From contig PLHF01000045.1 of the NCBI GenBank assembly GCA_003138855.1, positions 17,054-81,053 of the forward strand: a DNA stretch of 64,000 bases. Direction: 5' to 3'. The notes beneath the pieces were generated by a model. It did not search any database. It was given only the letters and a program-made list of their open reading frames with translations, and was not told the DNA's origin. Shown piece by piece: positions 39,199 through 49,153 of the stretch. The position numbers and the translations under genes were made by a program. Position 1 is the stretch's first letter; each line of letters starts with the position of its first letter. This stretch comes from Acidimicrobiaceae bacterium. Its GTDB lineage: Bacteria > Actinomycetota > Acidimicrobiia > Acidimicrobiales > RAAP-2.

Positions 39199-40914
39199 AT
39201 GGTTGACCGAATGACCTCCGCCCAAGCGCCCGGCACCACCGGCGCGGCCCCCGCTCCCCCTGCCCCTCACAATCCGGACCTGGCCATCGGCGCCTTCACC
39301 CCGAACGGTCCGTGGACGGTCGACCCCGATGCCATGCCGTGGCGTTTCGCAACCGGCACGGAGGGTGACATCGACGTCCTTCGGACCGAGGCGGCCGCGC
39401 TGGCCCGCCGACTGGTCAAGCCGCAGCACATTCCTTCGGTCGGTCGGGTGCTGACCGTTGGGCTGCGGCTGGGCTCCGCCCTGGTGGGCTGGGGGATCCA
39501 CGATCGTGGCACTCCCGGCTCGCGGGCCGGACTGTCCCGGAGGCTCCGGCCGGCCTTCGAGCGACTCGGCCCCACCTACATCAAGCTCGGACAGATCATC
39601 TCCTCGGGAGAGGGGATCTTCCCGGAGGAGCTGGTCGAGGAGTTCCAACTCCTGCGCGACCGCGTTCCCCCCGAGCGCTTCGCCACCGTCCGGCGGACGA
39701 TCGAAGAAGAGCTGGGCCGGCCCCTCGCGGAGGTCTTCGTGTCGTTCGACCGCATCCCGATCGCCTCGGCCTCGATCGCCCAGGTGCACGCGGCCACGCT
39801 GCGCACCGGGGAACGGGTCGTGGTCAAGGTCCAGCGGCGCACGGTGGCCTCGATGGTCCGCCTGGACATCGCCTCCATGTCGTGGATCGCCCCGCTGCTG
39901 GTCGGCCGCATCCCGGTCACCGCACTTACCAACCCGCCGGCCCTGGTCGAGCTGTTCGCCGAGACCATCGTCGAGGAGCTCGACTTCCGCCTCGAGGCCC
40001 AGAACATGCTGGATATCGCCGCCGTCTTCGCCGGCACCGGCCAGCGGTCGGTCGTGGTGCCGAGGCCGCACCCCGAGCTGGTGACACGGCGGGTACTGGT
40101 GATGGAGCACCTACACGGTTTCGCCTGGGCGAATGCCGCAGGGATGCGGGACGCGGGCATCGACACCGCCGCCGTCCTCCGATCGAGCCTGATCGCCTTC
40201 CTCGAGGGTGCGCTGCTCTACGGGGTCTTCCATGGCGACCTCCACGGCGGAAACCTGCTAGTACAGCCGGACGGCACCGTGGCCCTGCTCGACTTCGGCA
40301 TCACCGGCCGGCTCGACGAGTTCAGGCGCCAGGCATTCCTCCGCCTGGAGATGGGCGCCACCACCAACAATCTGACCCTTCAGGTCGAGGCACTGCGGGA
40401 CCTGGGCGCCCTTCCGGGCGACTCCGACGTGCAGGCGGTCATCCGCGATCTCGGGCTCGATCGGCCCGCGGTGGATCCCACCACCTTGACCGCCGAGGAG
40501 ATGATGGCCGAGCTCCGCGAGGTGACCAAGGCACTCCTCGGCTACGGTGCCCGGCTGCCCAAGGAGCTGATGCTGTTCGTAAAGGACATGCTCTTCCTCA
40601 ACGGGGCCATGGCCTCGATGGCCCCTGACGTCGACATCCTGGGGGAGGTCGTCGCCGTCGCCACCTACTTCAGCGAACGGCACGGCGAGCGCATCGCCCG
40701 CGACGTCGGCTTCGATGTGCTGTCGGCACCCATCGACCTCGACGGCTATCGGGCGGCACTGGGGTTCCCCGACCAGACCGACTCCATCACCTTCCGCGAC
40801 CTGCAGGAGCGCAGGGAGCTGATTCGGCGACGACTGCAGCACCACAGCGAGAGCCAAAGTCGCCGGTCGTTCCTCCGGGCGGTCTACCGGCTGGTGCGGC
40901 CCGACCGGGGCTGA
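39199..40914 (+). CDS. ABC1/UbiB-family atypical protein kinase
   Basis: ABC1 blocks (LGPTYIKLGQIISS, FD..PIASASIAQVH.A.L..GE.VVVKVQRR, HGDLHGGNLLV). Confidence 0.85.
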   Translation: MVDRMTSAQAPGTTGAAPAPPAPHNPDLAIGAFTPNGPWTVDPDAMPWRFATGTEGDIDVLRTEAAALARRLVKPQHIPSVGRVLTVGLRLGSALVGWGIHDRGTPGSRAGLSRRLRPAFERLGPTYIKLGQIISSGEGIFPEELVEEFQLLRDRVPPERFATVRRTIEEELGRPLAEVFVSFDRIPIASASIAQVHAATLRTGERVVVKVQRRTVASMVRLDIASMSWIAPLLVGRIPVTALTNPPALVELFAETIVEELDFRLEAQNMLDIAAVFAGTGQRSVVVPRPHPELVTRRVLVMEHLHGFAWANAAGMRDAGIDTAAVLRSSLIAFLEGALLYGVFHGDLHGGNLLVQPDGTVALLDFGITGRLDEFRRQAFLRLEMGATTNNLTLQVEALRDLGALPGDSDVQAVIRDLGLDRPAVDPTTLTAEEMMAELREVTKALLGYGARLPKELMLFVKDMLFLNGAMASMAPDVDILGEVVAVATYFSERHGERIARDVGFDVLSAPIDLDGYRAALGFPDQTDSITFRDLQERRELIRRRLQHHSESQSRRSFLRAVYRLVRPDRG

Positions 40915-41005
40915 CCGTTGGCTGACCGGGGGCTGACCCTCCGGGGGCCGGGCCGGGGCCGGGTCAGCCTCCGGGGCCGGCCTTCCTCGGGTCCCGACGA
41001 AACCG

Positions 41006-41818
41006 TCAACCGGCGTCGAGTGCCCTACGCAGGGAGGAGACGAAGGCGGCCGCACCCTCCGGCCCACCGCCCTCCAGCAGGCGGCGCACCAGGGCAGAGC
41101 CCACCACCACTCCGTCGGCGACTTCGCACACCGTGGCAGCCTGCTCGGGGGTGGACACCCCGATCCCCACGCACACCGGCAGGTCCGTCGCACCGCTGAC
41201 CCTCTCCGCCACCTGGCGGGCCGACTCGGCCAGGACCTTCTGCTCCCCAGTCACTCCCATCCGGCCGACGGCATACACGAATCCCCGTGAGCGCTCACAG
41301 ATGCGACCGATCCGGTCCAAGGGGGTCGACGGTGCCACCAGCAGCACGGTGGCCACGCCGGCCCGGTCTGCCGCATCGGCCCATGGTCCGACCTCCTCCA
41401 GGGGGAGGTCGGGGATGATCGCGCCGGACACTCCTGATTGGCTCATCAGCCCGGCGATCCGTGCGTGGCCGGCCCGGAAGATGAGGTTGTAGTACGTCAT
41501 CACAACGAGGGGAACCCCCACATCGACCCGGCTGAGATCCGCCAGGATGCCGTCGGGCGTGGTCCCGCGCTCCAGTGCCCGCCGGGACGCATCCTGGATG
41601 GTGACGCCGTCGATCATCGGGTCCGAGAAGGGGATGCCCACCTCGATCGCGTCGGCTCCGGATCCGGCCAGCGCTTCGAGGGTGACCAGCCACTGGTCGT
41701 CCAGGCCCCCGGTCAGATAGGGCACCAGAAGCTTGTGCCCCGCGTCGCGTCGGGCCCGCAGCGTCGACTCGAGCAGTCCGGGCAGGTACCCCGTGGTAGG
41801 CGGCCGATCGCTGCTCAC
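41006..41818 (-). CDS. trpA: tryptophan synthase alpha chain
   Basis: [21 protein letters not shown], and the GFVYAV...GVTG block. GTG at 41818 overlaps the trpB stop (GTGA). Confidence 0.92.
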   Translation of the reverse strand: MSSDRPPTTGYLPGLLESTLRARRDAGHKLLVPYLTGGLDDQWLVTLEALAGSGADAIEVGIPFSDPMIDGVTIQDASRRALERGTTPDGILADLSRVDVGVPLVVMTYYNLIFRAGHARIAGLMSQSGVSGAIIPDLPLEEVGPWADAADRAGVATVLLVAPSTPLDRIGRICERSRGFVYAVGRMGVTGEQKVLAESARQVAERVSGATDLPVCVGIGVSTPEQAATVCEVADGVVVGSALVRRLLEGGGPEGAAAFVSSLRRALDAG

Positions 41819-43080
41819 GCCCGTCCTCGCAGGATGTCCCGCACCTGGGCCACGTCCTTGTCGCCTCGTCCGGACAGATTGATGAGTACCGTGGATCCGC
41901 TCGGGATCTCCGCGCCTGAGGCCGCCGCCACCCAGGCGATGGCGTGGGCTGACTCGAGCGCCGGGATGATCCCCTCGGTCCGGGCCAGGAGCTGGAAGGC
42001 GTCGAGCACCTCTGCGTCGTCGGCTGCCACGTACCGCGCCCGACCGAGCTCGGCCAGGTGGGCGTGTTCCGGCCCGATGCCCGGATAGTCCAGGCCTGCC
42101 GAGATCGAGCTCGCCTCGAGGATCTGCCCGGCCTCGTCCTGGAGGAGGGCGCTGTGCATGCCATGGAGCACCCCGGGAATCCCCATGGACAGAGCGGCCC
42201 CCCCGGCAGCCTCGACGGCAACCAGTTCGGAGCGTGTGGCATCGGCGAACCCGGCGAAGATGCCCGCGGCGTTGGAACCTCCGCCGGCGCAGGCGACCAC
42301 CACGTCGGGATCGGCGCCGTCGAGGAGCTCGCGGCACTGGCTCCGGGCCTCGTCTCCGATGATCCGTTGGAACTCCCGGACCATCCAAGGGAAGGGATGC
42401 GGCCCCATCACCGAACCGAGGCAGTAGTGGGTCTCCCCCACCGACGCCACCCACTCGCGCAGTGCCTCGTTGACCGCGTCCTTGAGCGTGCGGCTACCGC
42501 TGGACACCGGGCGGACCTCCGCGCCGAGCAGTTCCATGCGGAACACGTTGAGCTCCTGGCGCTCGGTGTCCACCTCGCCCATGTAGACCACGCACTCCAT
42601 GCCGAACAGCGCTGCCGCGGTGGCCGTGGCCACGCCGTGCTGCCCGGCTCCGGTCTCGGCGATCAGCCGCTTCTTGCCCATGCGGATTGCCAGCAGCGCC
42701 TGGCCGATCACGTTGTTGATCTTGTGTGACCCGGTGTGGGCCAGGTCCTCCCGCTTCAACAGCACCCGGACTCCGAGCTCCTGCGACAGCCTGGCGCACT
42801 CGGTGACCGGCGTGGGCCTGCCACCGTAGTGGTGGAGGATGTTGCGGAACTCATCGTGGAACGCGGGGTCCACCCAGGCGGACCGGAAGGCCGCCTCGAC
42901 CTCCGCGCACGCTGGCACCAGCGACTCGGGGACGAACCGGCCGCCGAACCCGCCGAACCGGCCCGACGGGCCCGGGTCGCCCATGATCGGGGGCACCGAG
43001 GGCGACCCGCCTTCCGGAGTCGGCGATGTGGTCGCGCCCTTGGTCACGCCTGGCTCAGTGGTCACGGTTCGTCCTGCCAA
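41815..43080 (-). CDS. trpB: tryptophan synthase beta chain
   Basis: [22 protein letters not shown] (PLP lysine), GGGSNA. The longest ORF starts on TTG at 43080, overlapping the trpF end. ATG at 42984 ([12 protein letters not shown]...) is an equally plausible start. Confidence 0.95.
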   Translation of the reverse strand: MAGRTVTTEPGVTKGATTSPTPEGGSPSVPPIMGDPGPSGRFGGFGGRFVPESLVPACAEVEAAFRSAWVDPAFHDEFRNILHHYGGRPTPVTECARLSQELGVRVLLKREDLAHTGSHKINNVIGQALLAIRMGKKRLIAETGAGQHGVATATAAALFGMECVVYMGEVDTERQELNVFRMELLGAEVRPVSSGSRTLKDAVNEALREWVASVGETHYCLGSVMGPHPFPWMVREFQRIIGDEARSQCRELLDGADPDVVVACAGGGSNAAGIFAGFADATRSELVAVEAAGGAALSMGIPGVLHGMHSALLQDEAGQILEASSISAGLDYPGIGPEHAHLAELGRARYVAADDAEVLDAFQLLARTEGIIPALESAHAIAWVAAASGAEIPSGSTVLINLSGRGDKDVAQVRDILRGRA

Positions 43081-43841
43081 TCGAAGAGGTCGGGGTCGGA
43101 GGTCGGTGTCCGTCGGTCTGCGTCGGCCGTGGGGTGCCGACCGTCGTCGGGCTGGATCGACGGGGCCGCCTCCCGGCGGCCGGCCCGGTTCGCCGCCCGT
43201 TCCGCCGTCCGCACGGCAGCCATGAACTCGCGCAACTTGCTGGGATCCTTCACGCCGGGCGCCGACTCGACGCCGCTGGCCACGTCCACCCCCCAGGGAT
43301 GCAGGTGGGCGATGGCCCCGCTGACGTTGTCCGGCCGAAGGCCACCCGAGACGATCAGCCGACTCGGGTCGACGACGCCTTCCGCCAGTCGCCAGTCGAA
43401 CAGCTCACCCGACCCCGGATTGGCCCCGTCGATGAGCAGCGACTGGGCCCCGTACTCCGCGAAGCGTTGGATGTTGCGGTGGCCGGCGGGAAACGCCTTG
43501 ATCGTCCAGTTCGCCCGGCTGGCGATCCACCGGGTGTCCTCGATGGACTCGACACCGTGGAGCTGCACTGCTCGCAGACCGATCTGATTGGCGATGTCGA
43601 TGACCCGCCGGGGCGACTCGTCCCGGAACACTCCCACCGTGACCGTTTCGTGGGGCAACCGCTTCACGATGTCGGCGACTGCCGCCGGCGCCATCTGACG
43701 GGGGGACGGAGCGAAGATGAAGCCCACAGCGGCGGCCCCCATCCCCACTGCCAACAGGGCATCGGCCTCGGAGGTGATCCCGCAGACCTTCACGAACACC
43801 CCGTCCTCCTCATGTTGGTCGGGCATCGCGAACACGTTCAC
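43062..43841 (-). CDS. trpF: phosphoribosylanthranilate isomerase
   Basis: [25 protein letters not shown]...[29 protein letters not shown] at 43841 overlaps the trpC stop (GTGA); alternative ATG at 43826. About 50-aa non-conserved C-terminal tail. Confidence 0.85.
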   Translation of the reverse strand: MNVFAMPDQHEEDGVFVKVCGITSEADALLAVGMGAAAVGFIFAPSPRQMAPAAVADIVKRLPHETVTVGVFRDESPRRVIDIANQIGLRAVQLHGVESIEDTRWIASRANWTIKAFPAGHRNIQRFAEYGAQSLLIDGANPGSGELFDWRLAEGVVDPSRLIVSGGLRPDNVSGAIAHLHPWGVDVASGVESAPGVKDPSKLREFMAAVRTAERAANRAGRREAAPSIQPDDGRHPTADADRRTPTSDPDLFDWQDEP

Positions 43842-44629
43842 AGGCGCACCCCGAGCAGCTCGGCCACTGCAGCCCGCCGGTCGGCCGATCGGACCAGGGT
43901 CTCCCCCACCAGCACGGCCTGGAAGCCGGCCTCGGCGAGGCGGGCCACGTCTCCAACATCGCGGATTCCCGATTCGGCCACCGCCAGGACCCCGGCAGGG
44001 ATGGCCGCTCCCAGCGAGAGCGCACGCTGACGATCGACTTCGAAGGTACGGAGATCCCGCTGGTTCACGCCCACCAGGGCGGCACCGGCATCGAGGGCGC
44101 GGCGCAGTTCCGTTTCGTCGTGGACCTCCACGAGGGCTGCAAGTGAACATCTGTCGGCCAGCTGCAGGAACGACGACAGTTCCTGGTCGGTGAGGGCAGC
44201 AGCGATGAGCAGCACCGCGTCCGCCCCCATCGCACGGGCATCGCATACGTCGAGGGCGCTGACCGTGAAGTCCTTCCGCAGCACCGGTAGGGAGCACGCG
44301 GCGCGAGCAGCGCGCAGATCGTCCGGCAGTCCACCGAAGAACTGTCGCTCGGTGAGCACAGACAGGCAGGCGGCGCCCCCGGCCTCGTACTCGACGGCCA
44401 CCGTGGCCGGGTCGAGGTCAGGGTCGAGATCACCCTTCGACGGCGATCGCCGCTTGATCTCGGAGATCACGGCCATGCCGTACCGTGTGCTCGCCGCGGA
44501 GATCGCATCGGCGAACGAGCGCGTGGCCCCGCCCCGCTCCGCCTGTTCGACGGCCGCTTCGACGTCGCGGGTGTCGGCCGCCGCGGCAGCGCGATGGGCA
44601 GCGAGGATGGAGTCGAGATAGGCCGGCAT
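43838..44629 (-). CDS. trpC: indole-3-glycerol-phosphate synthase
   Basis: ISEIKRRSPSKG, LSVLTE..FFGG, VLRKDF, LVEVH, GVNQRDL, AESG. Confidence 0.93.
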   Translation of the reverse strand: MPAYLDSILAAHRAAAAADTRDVEAAVEQAERGGATRSFADAISAASTRYGMAVISEIKRRSPSKGDLDPDLDPATVAVEYEAGGAACLSVLTERQFFGGLPDDLRAARAACSLPVLRKDFTVSALDVCDARAMGADAVLLIAAALTDQELSSFLQLADRCSLAALVEVHDETELRRALDAGAALVGVNQRDLRTFEVDRQRALSLGAAIPAGVLAVAESGIRDVGDVARLAEAGFQAVLVGETLVRSADRRAAVAELLGVRL

Positions 44630-44743
44630 GGCATCGGAAGCCTACCGGGGCCATGGCCGCCCCCGGTGCTGGCAGCCGGGCTCCGTTCACACTTTCCTAA
44701 CCATGACAGCCGGCACTGCCGGCCCGGTGGCAGGCTGGACCTC

Positions 44744-45499
44744 ATGGTGCCGGCCGAGGAGACCCTGGTGGTGATCGAGGACGATCACCACATATCGGAC
44801 CTAGTCGCTATGTACCTGCGGCGTGACGGTTTCCGGGTGCTCCAGGCGGAAGACGGAGAGACGGGCCTGGCCCTGGTGGAACGCGAGCATCCGAAGCTGG
44901 TCATCGTGGACATCGGGCTGCCCGGCGCCCTCGACGGTCTCGACGTCTGCCGAAGACTCCGGAGCAGCACGGCACCGCCGGGTGGCGACCGCCGGGGCGG
45001 GGAAGAACGGGCTGCCAGAGGTGGCGGGGGCGGCGTCGCCGCGGACGTCCCGATCCTGATACTGAGTGCCCGCGACGACGAAGTGGACCGGGTGCTCGGC
45101 CTCGAACTCGGTGCGGACGATTACGTCACCAAGCCGTTCTCGGCCCGTGAGCTCGTGGCCCGCGTGCACGCCATTCTGCGTCGGGTCGGGACGCCACTGG
45201 TCCCGGCCGGCCCCTCGGTGGAGCAGATCGGCCGCGTCGAGGTCGACTCCCGTCGCCGCGAGGCCCGTCTGGCCGGCGAGGTGATCCCGTTGACCACCCG
45301 TGAGTTCGACCTGCTGGCCTACCTGGCGGACAACCTCGGACTGGCCTTGTCGCGGCGGCAACTGCTCGACGGAGTCTGGGGGGACGACTGGATCGGCGAC
45401 GAGCGCACCGTCGACGTCCATGTCCGCCAGCTCCGCAAGAAACTGGGCGACGACCTCCCCTTGGCCACGGTCTGGGGCGTCGGCTACCGGCTCGGATGA
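44744..45499 (+). CDS. OmpR/PhoB-family response regulator with Gly/Arg-rich insertion in the receiver domain
   Basis: Receiver (VVIEDD, IVDIGLPG, DYVTKPF) plus winged-helix output (LTTREFDLLAYL, RTVDVHVRQLRKKL, VWGVGYRL). About 27 extra residues lie between helix 3 and strand 4. Confidence 0.9.
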   Translation: MVPAEETLVVIEDDHHISDLVAMYLRRDGFRVLQAEDGETGLALVEREHPKLVIVDIGLPGALDGLDVCRRLRSSTAPPGGDRRGGEERAARGGGGGVAADVPILILSARDDEVDRVLGLELGADDYVTKPFSARELVARVHAILRRVGTPLVPAGPSVEQIGRVEVDSRRREARLAGEVIPLTTREFDLLAYLADNLGLALSRRQLLDGVWGDDWIGDERTVDVHVRQLRKKLGDDLPLATVWGVGYRLG

Positions 45500-46944
45500 G
45501 ACGACGACTCACCATTGCCATCCTGTTGTTGGTGGCCGTCACCCTCCTGGCCACCAGCGTGGGGAGCTACGTGCTCATCCGGCGTGCCGCCGTGTCCACC
45601 GCCCAACAGGAGCTGATCGGGCAGGGCAGGGCCATCTCCCAGACCTTCTCGAACACCACCGACATCACCAAGGCGACGTTCCGGCGCGAGCTCAGAGTCA
45701 TTGCCGACGCAGGAGCCTTCGCCGACATCAGCGTGCTCGCCCTGTACCCCGACGGCACCATCACCGGTCAGCTCCCGTCGGGCATCACCGAGGCGCAGCT
45801 CGACATACCGGCCCTGCAGGCCGGGCAGCAGACCAGCGGCCGCAGCAGGTCCCTCCTGGTGTACACCGCCGTGCCCACGCCCATCGCCAGGGTGACCGCC
45901 TACGTACCGGTCCTTGTGATCACGCGCCAGGCCCACAACCCGGCCAACGGGTTCCGCTATTTCGGCCTGGTGGGAGCCATCGGCCTGGTAGCTGCTGCCC
46001 TGGTGGCTGCGGCCCTGGCCCGGAGGTTCACCCGCCCCCTGGTGGCAGCAGTTGCCGCTACCAGGCGCATTGCGTCCGGGGACCTCGATGCCACCGTGGC
46101 GGTCCACCCCCGGGAGGACCCCGAGTTCACCCAGCTGGCCGAATCGATCAACACCCTGGGGGCCAATCTGGTGCGGGCGCGCGACCAAGAGCGCCAATTC
46201 CTCCTCTCGGTCTCACACGAACTGCGTACGCCACTCACCTCGATCCGAGGCTACGCAGACGCGGTGATCGACGGAGCCACGGACGATGCTGCCGCGGCGG
46301 CGGCCGTCATCAGCTCCGAGTCCCGCCGACTCGAGCGTCTGGTCCAGGATCTCCTCGATCTGGCCCGACTCGATGCCGATCGCTTCTCCCTCGACCTGCA
46401 GCCCGTGGACTGTGCCGCGGTCGTCCGTCAGGTGGTCGACGGCTTCCTGCCCAGGGCCGGCGAGCTCGGACTGGAGTTGGTCACCGCACCGGGCTCGGAT
46501 GGACCGCTCTGGGTACTGGCTGACGCCGATCGGCTGGCCCAGGTTCTTGTCAACCTGGTGGAGAACGCTTCCTCGTTCGCCCGGCACCGCATCGTGGTGG
46601 GAGCGGCCTCCGTGGGCGGGACCCCTGGAGTGTGGGTGGTCGACGACGGCCCGGGGATCCCCGCCGATCAACTGTCACGAGTGTTCGAACGACACTTCGT
46701 CTCTGACCGAGTCCGCGGGCGGCGCACGGGCTCGGGCCTGGGACTGGCCATCGTGTCGGAGCTGGCAGCCGCCATGGGAGCAACGGTCCGGGCCGAATCG
46801 CCGGTGGCCGAGGGACAGGGCACACGGATGTCGGTGGCTTTCCGGCCCGGTCGCCTCCCCGAGGCGCCCGGCGGCCCGAGCGGACCACGGCCGACCGGCG
46901 GTTCGAGCGGCCTGCCCGGCCCTGCCGCCGTTCCCTCGGCCTGA
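45496..46944 (+). CDS. sensor histidine kinase (2 TM, HAMP, HisKA, HATPase_c)
   Basis: H-box SHELRTPLTSIRGY, N-box LVNLVENA, and G-boxes DDGPGI and GSGLGLAIV. ATG overlaps the regulator stop (ATGA). Confidence 0.9.
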   Translation: MRRRLTIAILLLVAVTLLATSVGSYVLIRRAAVSTAQQELIGQGRAISQTFSNTTDITKATFRRELRVIADAGAFADISVLALYPDGTITGQLPSGITEAQLDIPALQAGQQTSGRSRSLLVYTAVPTPIARVTAYVPVLVITRQAHNPANGFRYFGLVGAIGLVAAALVAAALARRFTRPLVAAVAATRRIASGDLDATVAVHPREDPEFTQLAESINTLGANLVRARDQERQFLLSVSHELRTPLTSIRGYADAVIDGATDDAAAAAAVISSESRRLERLVQDLLDLARLDADRFSLDLQPVDCAAVVRQVVDGFLPRAGELGLELVTAPGSDGPLWVLADADRLAQVLVNLVENASSFARHRIVVGAASVGGTPGVWVVDDGPGIPADQLSRVFERHFVSDRVRGRRTGSGLGLAIVSELAAAMGATVRAESPVAEGQGTRMSVAFRPGRLPEAPGGPSGPRPTGGSSGLPGPAAVPSA

Positions 46945-47031
46945 GCCCATCGATCCGGTTCGATCCGATCCGATTCGATCCGGGGCACCAGGACGCAGTA
47001 TGAAGGAAATCCCGACGGAGAAGGAGGACCC

Positions 47032-47832
47032 ATGGACCAGGTGATCCTTGTCACCGGCGCCTCGGCGGGCATCGGCCGGGCCTGCGCCGACCGGATGCAT
47101 CACCAGGGGTGGAAGGTCGTCGGTGCCAGTCGCCGCGGCACCTCGTCCGGCGGTTGGGACCCCATGGTGATGGACGTGGACACCGATACCTCGGTGCGCT
47201 CGGGATTCGAGACCCTGCTGGCGCAGCACGGGCGGCTCGATGCCGTGGTCGCCTGTGCCGGGTGGGGTCTGGCCGGAGCCGTGGAGCAGACACCGATCGC
47301 CGATGCGCGGGACCAGCTGGAGACAAATTTCTGGGGGGCGGTGCGAGTCGTTCAGGAGGCACTCCCCGTCATGCGCCGCCAGCGGTCGGGCAGGATCGTC
47401 CTCATCAGCTCCATCGGCGGGATCATCGGGATCCCGTTCCAGGCCTTCTACAGCGCCAGCAAGTTCGCCATGGAGGGCTACGCGGAGTCGCTCGCCTACG
47501 AGGTGGAGCCTTTCAACATCCAGGTGACGCTGGTCGAACCCGGCAACGTGCGAACCGACTTCACCAGCAGCCGCCGGGACGTGAAGGCACCGGACGGTGA
47601 CGATCCCTACGCTGCAGCGGTGGCCAGGGCGGTCGCCAAGATGGCCCGCGACGAGGCGCACGGGATTACCCCTGACGAGGCGGCTGCGACCGTGCAACGC
47701 GCCCTCGAGGCCAGGCACCCCCGACGGCGGGTTTCGGTCGGGAAGCCTGGCGAGCGGGTGGGGATCATCAGCAAGCGCCTCATGCCGTACCGCCTCTTCG
47801 AAGTGGCGGCCAAGGGCAGTCTCGGCGTCTGA
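47032..47832 (+). CDS. short-chain dehydrogenase/reductase
   Basis: VTGASAGIG, the NFWG region, S...YSASKFA catalytic motif. GAAGGAGG RBS upstream. Confidence 0.85.
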   Translation: MDQVILVTGASAGIGRACADRMHHQGWKVVGASRRGTSSGGWDPMVMDVDTDTSVRSGFETLLAQHGRLDAVVACAGWGLAGAVEQTPIADARDQLETNFWGAVRVVQEALPVMRRQRSGRIVLISSIGGIIGIPFQAFYSASKFAMEGYAESLAYEVEPFNIQVTLVEPGNVRTDFTSSRRDVKAPDGDDPYAAAVARAVAKMARDEAHGITPDEAAATVQRALEARHPRRRVSVGKPGERVGIISKRLMPYRLFEVAAKGSLGV

Positions 47833-47875
47833 CCGGCAGCACCTCTCTTCGTGCCATGGGTCGCCGCTGATCCCT

Positions 47876-49051
47876 TCAGAGGCCGATGGCGGACCAGTAC
47901 GAGCCGTCGAGCATGCCCCGGAGGGTCGAGCGGTGCATGATCAGGTCGTCGATGTCGTCAGGAGGTTCCGCTTCGCCGAAGAAGATGGATCGCTCGGTGA
48001 CCCGCCGCATGATGATGCCGTGCCGGATGGCTGCGTAGGCGATGTGCCAGGTGAGGTCCCCCGGAGCCCGTCCTGACGCCTTGGCGTAGGACTCGCTCAC
48101 ATCGGACGGCCGGAACATGTCCGGAAGCCCGGGTGCGCCGAGCTGCACGGCCAGGTCCTGGAAGAAGAGGTGAAGATAGCACATCCACCCGAGATCGACC
48201 TCGGGCGGGGCCACCGCAGCCATCTCCCAGTCGAGCACCGCCACGACCTGGTGGTCGCGGAACATCATGTTCCCGATCCGGCCATCGCCCCACGAGAGCG
48301 CATCGGCACTCACATCGGTGGGGAGGTTGTCGATCAACCAGGTGAAACACTCTTCCAGTAACGGTGACGGGGCATCCCCCACCACCCAGTCGTGATACGA
48401 CCGCCAATGGTCGAGGCTCCGCTCGAGCGAGGTGGCACCGCGACCGCGATGTTCGAGGAATCCGAGGTCGTGCCGCTCGGGGGTGATGGAGTGGATTCCG
48501 GCCAGAGCCCGGATGGCCGATTCCTGCAGGGTGCGGCGATCGGCTTCACTGCTGTCGAACACCCAGTTGTCGCCAAAGGTGTAGGGCAGGACGTCCGGCG
48601 GCACCAGCCCGTCGACCCGCCCCATCACGAAGAACGGGCCCCCGAGGATCTCGGGATCGGGTTCGTACCAGTGTGACTCCGGTACGGGGACCGAGGTGTG
48701 CTCCTGCACCAGCTTCATCACCTTGAACTGCATGTCCAGGTCGTAGGTGGTGAACACCGGGTAGGCCGTACTGGGAGGTTCGATGCGTGCCACCAGACGG
48801 TGGTCGACGGGCCCGTCCCCTTCGTCCCAGAGAGCCGTGAAGAGGAGGGTCTCCGAGGACATGCCGTTGCCCTCGGGACTGGTGACCTCCGTGATCACCG
48901 GTTCGCTGCTGGCCGGCAAGGTGTCGGCCAGCCACCGCTGGAGCTGCTCGGCCAGCTTCTTCGGGTCGCGGGTCGACGTGGTGATGCGTTCGGGGTCCAT
49001 CTCGACCCGACCCTCCGCCGAAACCGCGCCTGATGATGCCTTCGGACCCAT
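47876..49051 (-). CDS. phosphotransferase-family (APH/ChoK-like) kinase
   Basis: APH-fold motifs: the WGDGRIGNMMF catalytic-loop region (D..N) and AVLDWEMA (DxE/D). Confidence 0.8.
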   Translation of the reverse strand: MGPKASSGAVSAEGRVEMDPERITTSTRDPKKLAEQLQRWLADTLPASSEPVITEVTSPEGNGMSSETLLFTALWDEGDGPVDHRLVARIEPPSTAYPVFTTYDLDMQFKVMKLVQEHTSVPVPESHWYEPDPEILGGPFFVMGRVDGLVPPDVLPYTFGDNWVFDSSEADRRTLQESAIRALAGIHSITPERHDLGFLEHRGRGATSLERSLDHWRSYHDWVVGDAPSPLLEECFTWLIDNLPTDVSADALSWGDGRIGNMMFRDHQVVAVLDWEMAAVAPPEVDLGWMCYLHLFFQDLAVQLGAPGLPDMFRPSDVSESYAKASGRAPGDLTWHIAYAAIRHGIIMRRVTERSIFFGEAEPPDDIDDLIMHRSTLRGMLDGSYWSAIGL

Positions 49052-49153
49052 GCTTTCCCCCCGAATTCGTCCGCAACTGCTGCGGGCCAGTATCGCGCCG
49101 TGTCCACCCGCGCCGTGTCGTAGTTTCGATGCGCTCAGGCGGGCAAGACGGGC

